A program made the position numbers and the translations under genes. A stretch of DNA of 56,985 nucleotides, filler included, from Basidiobolus meristosporus CBS 931.73 (taxonomy: Eukaryota > Fungi > Basidiobolomycota): NCBI GenBank assembly GCA_002104905.1. It is 3 parts of 3 records of this genome, joined end to end, with 100 filler letters (N's around TTAATTAATTAA, not from the genome) between each part and the next. Parts side by side here need not be neighbours in the genome. Positions count along the whole stretch, not along the records: positions 24,747 to 41,546 come from MCFE01001111.1; positions 41,647 to 56,985 come from MCFE01001152.1; 1 more part is not named here. One strand, 5' to 3'. A model generated the notes under the pieces. That model was not told where the DNA came from, did no database searches, and saw only the letters and a program-made list of their open reading frames with translations. Shown piece by piece: positions 35,245 through 45,782 of this stretch (the stretch's first letter is position 1; every line of letters starts with the position of its first letter).

Positions 35245-36420
35245 ATGGGCCTTAGCGGAATATAACACCTTCCTTGGAATAATGAATAGTTGCAGAGCTT
35301 ATATCGAAGAAAATTTCTCAAGTGGTGTGTACTAACGAGTGAGTTACGTGTGAGCTTTATACGATTTATATCGGACAGACTGAACCATTAGACCTAGAGG
35401 TATGATGGTAGCACCTACTTGGGCAAATCTACAGTGATTAAGACGTTGTTGTATCAAAATTGGTTGCCATCAAACCATTCCTAGCTTGCACAAGAACAGC
35501 CAAGTCATGAAGATCGTGTGCCCGATTTATCCCGATTAACCTATTTTATAACCCTGATGAATTTGGAAGGAGATCAATTCTGTGTTGTCTGGCACCTAAC
35601 ATCCGCAGGGTGGTCAAAGTACCCCGTTCTAGTGTGATCATCTTCGGTGGTCTCTTGAAGGCAAGATGTACTAAAGAATGGCATTTCATACCTGAATAAA
35701 TCGGTTAAATAATCCTAAAGCCAGACTGTAAAATCATTGATGTTTCACTTTCGCTTTTGTCTTGCCATGGTAGACATGGTACTTTGAGAATACCACTGGA
35801 AGAGAAGCGCGGCTTCAAGCTCAAAAAACTAACGGAATTGGCCAGCGTATATCCCGCATTTTTTTGCCATTAGCCTCCCAATTCCCGACATCAATTTCAA
35901 TAGCCAAATAGCTTTCATTCTCCCGCTGATATCGGCTGCCCCTCCGCTTCTGAGTTTTTCCGGGAATATTGACTAACTGTTTCAAAGATCTGTTATAGCC
36001 TAGCTGATTAACTGATCCAATAAGCCTTAATTTCCTTTTGAGATGATGCACAAATGCTTTGAAGTGCGCACACCAAATCAAATAGGAAACACAGAAGTGT
36101 ATAAAGAGATGACAAGTTACAAAGGGTGAGCGGTGCTGCCTATCCTTTCTATTCAGTCATCAGAAGAGCCTCACGCGCACTCAAAAGAAGCCAGCAGAAA
36201 CTTTGTCTGCCCAAAACGATCTGTGTGCTCTGAAAAGGTTATTCGTTGGGCATTAAGTAACTGTACTTACTGAAAGATGCTGATGCCGATCAAGCAGATA
36301 TCCACCCAAGAACCCGCTTTGTTTTGATGTGTTGGATGTCCCACAAATACATCGGACTGATGCATATTCCTTGTATTATTGCGCAGTTTGTGATCTACTC
36401 CATGCCAATAGGAGCGACTT
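35245..36420 (-). promoter_or_regulatory. Upstream region of TF paralogue 2 (duplicate of 25583-26740)
   Basis: Directly 5' of the ATG and conserved between the paralogues; no specific regulatory site demonstrated. Confidence 0.5.
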
Positions 36421-38634
36421 ATTAGATAGTACTATCTTGACTATCTCAGATTCCAGCTGCTGCTGTATATTTATCCGTTGAGGGTTGATAAAATATGCAT
36501 CCTGTACTATATTACTATCAGTTTTAGTTGTCATTGACATAACCACCAAATGCTCACCATACATTGTTATGCCTGGCATAGCCCATAGCTGGAACACACA
36601 GCTAGAAGGAGCTGCAATGTGTATTCAGTGCTCTTACTTCCAGATTTGATGAGTCACAGTGCACTTTGTAGGTCTAAGGAAGTCCAAGCTGAGTCAAAGT
36701 AATATCCTAGTTACATGTGTGTAACATCTGGGGGCCTATTAGAACAAATCTTGCAATACTCATACTCTGATTATCTAATAAAGTAAAATATTTATAAGTA
36801 TATCCCAACAAATACTTGCACAAGGCAATCTGAATGATGCATAGACTGTGATTAGGGTGACTATGTAAGTGAAATATAAAGGTGTAATCATACACTTTCA
36901 TCTCTGGTGCATTCTGATATTAATACTGGGGTAAAGTCTAACATATAACTTGGGCAGGATATACCAAGGCCAAAATGGCTTGTGATCTTCTTTAAATATG
37001 TCATCCATGACCAATGAAATACTTGTAAGGTCAAATAGAACACTTGATTTTTAAATAATTATTTATTCAGTCTTAGAGCAGTGCTTGCACCTCTTGACAA
37101 TAATTCACAATAAACATGCACAATATGTAGTATTCATTTTGTTATCAACCTTGGCAACTCACAAACATGAGATTCTGCCAAGCTTATTGCTAAGTTTTTG
37201 AATCACTTATCAAAGACACACTTTGTATAATGTTAGACTTGTTTCATTTGATAGTGCCACATGATGACAGCTAATTTATACTGCTGGAATGATCTGGCAC
37301 CCTACAGCACTCTCCAGCACTATAGTTTCTACCTCTAATGCCAGTTGTAGGAGACTATTTACTGGTAGTTTTGCTCAAATGCTTTTTTGTGTCATGATCA
37401 CATGACAACCATGAACACCCATGCCAAATTTCAGCTTCCTAGCTCAATTTCTAAGAGATTCCTTCTGGAACCTTCTACTACCTTCCAGAAAGTTCCTGAC
37501 CCTTCCAAACCACTGTTACACAATGGAACATTCCATGGAAGCTTCCCATTGTATTTTTCATAGTCCAGTACCATATATGGAAAATACCAGGATACATGAC
37601 TTAGTCACATGATCAGGTGACCTAATCCACTTCCCCCATCCTGTCTCAGTGCTGTGTCATCTATGTCATTTTCCCCAGCACCATTGCTGTGCCTCACCCC
37701 ACAACCCCATTAGTATTAGCTAATATCTCTCGGCATCAGTATAACCAAAAAGTATATATAGTCCTATCCCCCTTATGTATTCCTCAGTCTGATAAATACA
37801 GGTCTTGAATAAACAGCCTTGCCTTGAATCCTGCCTTGCCTTGATGGTCCACACCTAAGTCCTTTCCTGCCATGCCTAGCTTTTCCTCCTGCCTTGTGTC
37901 TATTCATAACATTTTGTTGCTCAGAATAATACTTTTCTTGCTTATTCACTGTGGATAATACACCAGACACATTTTGCACAGTAGATGTCTTGGTGCATGA
38001 ATATACTCTGCATCAACAAGTATCTTGACTATTTTAGCTAGTGTGCTAATTTATATTGTAGTTGACTTTCCTCTGTATCTACCTCCTGGTGGGCACAGTC
38101 TCTTTAGATATCCAGCTGTATGCTCTACTATTACTCTGAGATGATGAACTATCTCATTTAGCAGCTTCTGCTTCATGCTAAGCATGCCATTTCTTGGCTT
38201 TCTATAAAATGCAATACATTCTAATATCTGAAAATTCTCTCCTATGTAAGCCAAGTCTGCCATACATATCTCCCCCCTCTGAACTCAGGATGGTATTATA
38301 CCTACAGCGTTCTACTATACCTACCTCCTGCAAATGGCCCACCAAACCAGAAAATGCTACTCTCAGTGTCAGAGAGTGCTTGGAACTTCACTCAGTGTGC
38401 CTTATAATTGCCAGAATAAAGTGCCACTGCCCTCTACAAGGTCTGCTGATTCCCACTGGGAAGGAATCCAAGATACTCCCAATATTGAACCTGCGGCTGA
38501 ATATATGAAGAATTATTAGGTCCCAAGTGTGAATCTGATCCAGATCAGCCATCAAGATCCCATCAGGAGACCGCTATAATACCAGCAGCTTGGAATCAAT
38601 GAACATTTACACAATCTTGTGATGGGATCACAAC

Positions 38635-38980
38635 AGCATTTTGCTGATTTTACAGCAAAATAAAGTTGATAAAATGTAACAGTGTTTGCATGGTGTTTTG
38701 TTAAGGGTGGCATGGCATTGTTGTGGTCTTAGTGAGCTTTACAACTATTTGAGTGGATCTAACCAGCCAGTACATTCAATTGCCTTATAAGATCATGATG
38801 GTGTTTTGCAAATTTTACAGCCAAATAAAGGGATTAAGCTTGACAATTTTTGATTGGTGCTGTGACAATATTTGCATGGCATTGTTGCAGTCTTTCAGCA
38901 CTCTATTACTATTTCAAGTGGATCCAGTTGGCCAGAACTTCCAATTGCCTTATATGGCAAGAAACTTGATGGTATTTTGA
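38635..38980. repeat. Degenerate tandem repeat, ~2 units of ~165-171 bp, downstream of the CACTA transposase
   Basis: Blocks TTTTGC..ATTTTACAGC.AAATAAAG / GCATGGCATTGTTG / ACTATTT..AGTGGATC / CAATTGCCTTATA recur at ~38639 and ~38804, and a third unit starts at ~38975. Confidence 0.8.
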
Positions 38981-39055
38981 TGGCCTCACAGCAAGACTCT
39001 GATGGCTTTTTCTTTGCAGTATGACAGCCTGCTGCTGGTTCTGTATAATGCTACC

Positions 39056-41421
39056 TTACCAGTTTACCAAATGGTATTTCCTTTTTCTACCTCCCCTTGT
39101 GCAATTCATATATTCCACTATAGAATCACCTTTCTTTATTTGCTTACCCACTACTACCTTGGGTATTCCACATATAGTTTGAATCAAAAAAACTATGGCC
39201 TCCTGCTTACTAACCTCTACAAACGTGGACACCTGCCAAAATTGACATACTTCTATCACCTCAACTTTACAGCTTCTTAGTGTGATACTTGCAAAGTTAC
39301 CATATACCTTGTACTGCTGGTAGCATATACATCTTGCAAACAAATGCTTGGTTGTTGCCACTTCTGCAATGAATACCTCCTGAATATCTGGAAAGAACTT
39401 CTTGGTATTTAGCCAGTATATTCCTTCTCCCTGCTGGATTCTAGTCCCCCTTATAGGTGTGCTCTGGCTTTTGTTTGTGTGAATTCCATATTGAATGGTG
39501 TAGAAGTTGGCTTGTGACTACAAGAAATCCGGCATATCTTGGTGGAGTCTTCCTGATAAAAATTAGTTGCTTGTTGCACCCAACCCAACTTTGCATTACT
39601 TTACTGATTACCCACGCATTGGGGCTGCTTAGCTTCTTAATGCCATAGGCATAGGTGTCTCCATGTGCACATTTGTCCTCAATATTTTCCAACTCTTTCT
39701 GGCTGTCCTCTGTGTGGCAACTCATCACATCCATGATGAACTTGAAGGTAATATTCTTGATGAGATTGGGATCTGGTAGTACCTTCAACTTGACTTGTCT
39801 TCCTATCTCCCCACACACCCACTCCATAGGAAACTCCCAAAAGGTGAAGCAAGGCCCAATATTCACCACACACCATGCAAGATGGAGTAGAGAATGGATA
39901 CAATAGTGGCAGAGATCTACGCGTTCAGCTTTATGTTTGTAGTATAGCCGCTCAAATCCCATCACAAACTCCTCACAGAACAGCTGTAGATGCCTCAAGT
40001 TGGCACAGGTGATCCGCTTCTGGATAAATATTCCTACAATGTTCACATATGACTCCCAATGCTTCCAATGTACTCTTAGTAGGAATGGCTTCAGAGCACC
40101 ACTTGAATAAATACATATCCAGCTCATCCAGCCTTTGCACTTGTATTGTTGCATGTGAGTATGAATATTAATTGGAGCCTGTGAGAAGTACTTGGGGTAG
40201 CAGATACTCTGTAATATCTTACCAATTCTTTCAAATTTCTCCGGTATCTCAAAGGGCTCATTTAGCTTGAAATGCCCCATGTACAACTTGGTCATCAGTA
40301 TAGGGATATTGTTGAAAAGCAAATGCATTGCTCCTAGTGGAAAGCTTTTGCTCCAACAGATACCCTCTATCTTAAGTATCTCTGGTTTCCAATTGATTCC
40401 ATATTCTGGCCAAAGGCTTATAGCTTGCCAACTTTGCTGCAATTGCATGCTTACTTCTGTACATTCTCTTGGTGGAAAGATAATGTTCTTAGTGCTGGTG
40501 TTTGGGTAATAATAATGTGTGTGAGTTGTGGAGTAAATCCTCTGGATCTCAACTTGATTGATACTGAGTGTGATACTGTTTAGCTTTGCAATGTTTGTCA
40601 AACTGCATCAGCTTCCTCAGACAAGGTATGACTGGAATATATCTGGAGTGTGAATGATGTTTTCCCTCAATGGTGGTGGATTCCTCACAATTTGGACATG
40701 TTGCAATGGTAGCATTTTTTGATGTGAATGCCATGCAACTGCTAACACATGCTGGAATCAGGACAGTCTCTAGATCATATGTTGCCGGCCGCATGACGGT
40801 TGTCCACTTGTACCATGTACATGGTAAGTTGCATCCCGGTATGATTTTGGCAAGAAGTAGTAGTAAATCCTCAAAGCCCCCAATACTGATATTAGTGGAA
40901 ATGCACCACTTCTCTAGCCACAACATTACATCATTCACCAGTAGATGGATTACTGGGCTCACTTGGCTCCATAAAGTATCCTTGGCATTTGTTTCAGCAG
41001 GTGTTGTCTCATTGCATATAGGGATTTGACTGGGCTCATATGTGGTACTGTTGTTAGGGGAGATAGGCTCAAAATCTATCAGTGAACCTTCTTTGTCAGA
41101 GCAATCACTCTGCGTGCCATATTCAGAAGGCTGAGGTGAGCCTAAAGGTGTCACAAACTTACCTGACTCAGTTTGCGCAAGGTGACAAAGATGGCCAGGT
41201 GCCAATAAAGAAGTATCAACTGGCCGGCAAGATAATGTTGGTGTAGTAGTGACCAATGAATGGTCAAATATGACTTGGGTGGCAAAACACTGGCCTTGAT
41301 CCTTGTAATACTTCCTATGCTCTCTGTGTGCTTCATGGCTAAGAGGCTTGCCACAAAAGCCACATGGTCTTTTTTCACTTCTTTTTGGCGTTGAGTCAAA
41401 GTAGTCTTGTCCATGGGGCAA
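39056..41421 (-). mobile_element. CACTA/EnSpm (CMC)-type DNA transposase relic with an internal deletion
   Basis: CVSSCMAFTS...CPNCEE, YIPVIPCLRKLM, YGIN.KP, SFPLGAMHLLFNN, FERLYY, HSLLHLA...GP..TFWEFPMEW.CG motifs in ORFs 40549-41421 and 39441-40601. No TIR identified; the 5' end runs into the gap. Confidence 0.85.
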
Positions 41422-41546
41422 ACAGTTTGACCTTAATCAATGTAACGCTATTATATCACTTTTTGGTCAATACTCATGTGAACTTAAGACAGTCATGTAT
41501 TTGAGACATTGCACCTACATGAATGTAAGATTCAATGATGACCTAC

Positions 41547-41646
41547 NNNNNNNNNNNNNNNNNNNNNNNNNNNNNNNNNNNNNNNNNNNNTTAATTAATT
41601 AANNNNNNNNNNNNNNNNNNNNNNNNNNNNNNNNNNNNNNNNNNNN
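41547..41646. other. Artificial contig spacer (44 N + TTAATTAATTAA + 44 N)
   Basis: Same structure as 24647-24746. Confidence 0.97.
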
Positions 41647-42320
41647 GGGAATACTGCTCAAAGGAGTTTGCACAGTACTGCTGATCTACTGGTATACTTG
41701 ACAGACCACTGTCCCACATACTCCACAGCAAAATTGACTAGCAAAATGTGAAAATAGAAAAATAGTGGAGATGGGAAGAACCATGCTACATGATAAGGGA
41801 TTAGACCACAGGTTTTGGGCTGAACCTGTTGCTGCTGCAGTATACATCAAGAAAAGATGCCCAACAACAGCACTACATGATTTTACACCCTTTGCAGCAT
41901 ATATAGTCAAAAAACCTGATCACCAGCACCTCAGGATCTTTGGCAGTGGTGTCTTTATCACTTACCTGACAAAAAACGCTCAAAGCTGGAACCAAAGAGT
42001 AGAAAAGGGATCTATCTGGGGTATTGTGATGATACTAAGGGGTAAAGAGTGTATGATGATGGAATTCAGAAGCTGATCAAGAGCAGGGACATTGTATTTG
42101 AGGAGACTTCAGATGAGTGAGCCATGAAAATCATTGGCTAGCTACCTGATGATGCAATAAACAATAATGAAGATATGCACAAAATTCAGCCAGATATGGA
42201 AGATAATTCTACTAGTTCCAGATCAGTACAGACTATCCCAGTTAGGAGATCTACCGTAATTAGAAATGCCCTTGGATCCTGTTGGCAGACATCCAATGAT
42301 TCTGAAGAAGCTTTTCTTGG
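41647..42320 (+). mobile_element. Copia B integrase C-terminal fragment
   Basis: Homologous to 8982-9655 (EMGRTMLHDKGLD...PDHQHLRIFGS). Confidence 0.9.
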
Positions 42321-42321
42321 C

Positions 42322-43833
42322 ATATATACATTTTCCCAGATCAATTGCTTACTAATTGTATTTCCTGATGCAGGCTGTGGCTGATTACTCATTTGATTGC
42401 ATTATCATCACCCAATAAGATCCTACTTGTATATCTATTCCTGTCTGATAAGGATCTGCGGATTAACCTGCTGACTAATGCTGTTGATTGATAAATAATA
42501 CCAATTTACTGATAAGCTAAACATATAGCTAATTGATTTGATTAAAACTGATCTAACTTAAACATTCAAATGGCATATCATAGCATTTGCCCCTACTAAA
42601 GTTGCAAGGGTTCTCTTGAATCTCTTTTCTTATGATACCAATATCTTGATGGTTCAATATTGTTGACAAGTCTTGCAAGCATGAGTCTGTCTCTATGAAC
42701 TAAATCTTCCTGGATATCCCCTTGTTTGTCCACCAGTTGGTAAATTGCAAATGGACATTCTCTGATGATCTTGAATGGTCTTGTCCATTGGGGCTCAAAC
42801 TTCTTCCAAGTATTGTTTCTCAGCACTACAAAGTTCCCAACTGTCAATGATTTTGGTGATATAGTCTTATCAAATCTCTGCTTCATCTTTTCTGCACTTT
42901 GAGATACTTTTGTCTGTGCCTTTTGAATTCTTTGTTCATGTTGCTGGTGTCTACTTGGCTGATTGAGTTCATCTTCTAAGGCATCTGTAAGCTTTGGTTG
43001 TGTGAGATCTCCTGGAATTCTTAGTTCACATCCATACACTAAGTAAAATGGCAACTTTTTGGTGGTGGTGTGTACTCTAACTCTGCATGCAAAGAGTGCT
43101 TGGTCTATATACTTATCCCATCTACTGACAACTCCATTTGCATACTTGGTCAGCATTTTTCCAAATAATCCATTAAACTGTTCAGTGTCTCCATTAGTTC
43201 TGGGGTGATATGCCAAGCTTTTCAAGTGTCTATTTTGCTGCATTTCCAGGTAAGCTTCCAACAACATTTCCTTAAAGTTTGCTCCTCTATCACATGAAAT
43301 CTCTACTGAATATCCAAATTTCATAAGGATCTCATGGTAAATGAAACTTGCAACTTCTTGTTCACTGGCTACAGGTACTGCTTTAGCCACTGGCCATTTA
43401 GTGGCCAGATCAATTGCTACTAGGATCCAAAAGTTGCATTTCCTGGTAGTTGGCAGTCTTCCAATAAAGTCATTTCCCATTGTCCAACTGGTCTTACTGA
43501 CTCCAAGGGAGAGAGCTTGGCAATTCTCTGTGATTGACCTTGTAGATTTGGCTTTTTGGCACGTTTTCACTAGCTTTGCAATGCCTTGTCTCATTCTGGG
43601 CCACCATGCTCTGGCTTTCACAAGGCTAGAGGTTCCTTCAATTCCAAGATGTCCATATACATTGTGTAGCTTATGTTTTAAATCCAGGCAAGCAACATGA
43701 GGGCAATAGGCAATAGGGCTTCTGTCAACAATTTACCAGAGTGATTCATCCTGCGCTACAAATTTGCTGGCTTCATCCTGGATTATCTTCTTGATATCTT
43801 CATACACCTCATCAGGAATGGGTTGGTCCTTGG
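42322..43833 (-). mobile_element. Gypsy C 3' fragment (integrase 42596-43833; truncated 3' LTR ~42322-42585)
   Basis: ORF 42596-43621 matches the integrase of 45783-49010; reverse PPT at ~42586-42597; the LTR lacks its last ~100 bp. Confidence 0.9.
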
Positions 43834-44879
43834 TGCACAGATGCTTCAGATTACACAATTGGTGGAGTGTTGAGCCAAGAACACAAGGGAAAGGAGTACC
43901 CCATTGCCTTTGAATCCAAGAAACTGAGCTCAGCAGAACAAAACTAACCAGTGAATGAGAAGGAGATGCTTGCTATAATACACTGTTTGAAGACGTGGAG
44001 ATGCTATATTGAAGGAGTCAAATGAACTGTGAGGACTGATCATGCCTCCCTCAAGTATATACTTACTCAGAAGGTACTCTCTAGAAGAATAACAAGATGG
44101 AGTGAATACATTCAGCAATTTGACTTGGAGACTGTCTACTGCCCTACAAGAAACAATACAGTTGCTGATGCCTTATCAAGACTAGCACAAGTTGCACAAC
44201 TCAGCTTGTTACATGAATCATTTTAGCCTTGCTTTTTACCAAGGTATTTGGAGGGCCAAGCCATTCCTAATCAGGTGCATTAGAAGTTCAAGATGATATT
44301 ACAGGATGAAGCCAACAAATTTGTAGTAGAGGATAAAGCACTCTACCAAATTCTTGATGGAAGGCCCGTCGCATAGTGCATATTGCCCTTATGTTGCTTG
44401 CCTGGATTTGATATGTATGCTACACAATGGATATGGACATCTTGGAATTGAAGTGTTATGATCCGCCACTTGAATGTTTAAGTTAGAACAGTTTTTAGTC
44501 AAATCAATTAGTATATGTTTAGGTTATCAGTATATCTGTATTATCTATGAAATCAGTAGCATTAGTCAGCAAATGAATCAGCAGATTCTTATCAGACAGA
44601 AATAGATATAATAAGTAGGATCTTATTGGGTGATGATGATGCAATCAAATGAGTCATCAGCCACAGCCTACATTACAAGATATAATTAGTCAGCAATTGA
44701 TCTGGCAAAATGTATATAAGGAGCTGCTGGAACCTCAATAAAAATCAGTTCAAGTTTTAGTGAATACAATACTAGCTAAACTCCCTATTCCTCTACAACT
44801 CTTATACCAACACTTGTAACATTGGTAGCAGCGATAACTAGAAACCTCCCTCCTGAAGAAAGAAGAAACCACCCTCAAG

Positions 44880-45770
44880 ATGTTGGACAATCAAGAATGG
44901 AAGAATGCCATGCATCAAATCCTAGCCCAACAGCAACAGTTACTCCAGATCCTCAGCCAACAGCAACAAGGAATGACTACCATGGCTCAGAGCAAGCAAC
45001 ACCCTGTCAAGAGCAACTTTAGTGTGAAGGTCAACCGGTACCATGGCAGAGTCAACAAAAACCTGGGAACTTGGCTCTTCCAGATTGAAGAAGCTTTTAA
45101 AGCTAAAGGAATTGCTCCAGAAAGCAAGTTGCATTATGCAGCTTCTTACCTGGCAGATGCAGCCTTACAGTGGTACCACAACAAGATCAGGTCAGCCACT
45201 ATGATGGGATGCTCTACAATCTCTACCTGGGAAGAGTTTGTGTCGGAAATTCAGGATGCTTTTGAACCTCCACACCAGCAGACACTACTAATAAGCAAGT
45301 TAAAGACACTCAGACAGAAAGGAATGGTGCAAGAATACATCTATGAGTACAGATGTCTACTTGGACAAATTGAAAGAATGGACCCCTTGGATCAAGTTGA
45401 ATACTTTATTGATGGGTTGAAACAATGGACTTGCGAGGAAGTGAATTACCAAAGACCTCAGACTATTGAAGAAGCCATCAAGATTGCCATTGACTATGAC
45501 TCAGCTATGTTTGGAGTTGGGAAGCCTACAGTGACTAATCAGAAAGGCTACAATCATTATGAAAGAAGACAATCAGAAGTAGTACCAATGGAAATAGACG
45601 CTATGCAGAAGAATCCTACCTCAGAAGAATGTAAGAAGAAAGGACTTTGCTTCAATTGCCACCAGCAAGGACATATTGCAAAGTACTGCCCTCAGAGAAG
45701 AAATGGACACCAGCCAACAAGAACCTTCAACCATATTGAGTCCCATGAACACAGTAATGTGGAAGATTAG
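44880..45770 (+). CDS. gag: Gypsy Gag (retrotransposon gag domain, CFNCHQQGHIAKYC zinc knuckle)
   Basis: Open 296-aa ORF: WLFQIEE, AASYLADAALQWY, LRQKGMVQEY, VPMEID. Confidence 0.92.
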   Translation: MLDNQEWKNAMHQILAQQQQLLQILSQQQQGMTTMAQSKQHPVKSNFSVKVNRYHGRVNKNLGTWLFQIEEAFKAKGIAPESKLHYAASYLADAALQWYHNKIRSATMMGCSTISTWEEFVSEIQDAFEPPHQQTLLISKLKTLRQKGMVQEYIYEYRCLLGQIERMDPLDQVEYFIDGLKQWTCEEVNYQRPQTIEEAIKIAIDYDSAMFGVGKPTVTNQKGYNHYERRQSEVVPMEIDAMQKNPTSEECKKKGLCFNCHQQGHIAKYCPQRRNGHQPTRTFNHIESHEHSNVED

Positions 45771-45782
45771 CTTGAAGAAGAC

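Noticed and set aside
35932-35947. CGG-N8-CCG motif conserved upstream of both TF copies (possible autoregulatory site)
   Set aside because: The whole region is conserved by recent duplication and such triplets are common; no specific support.
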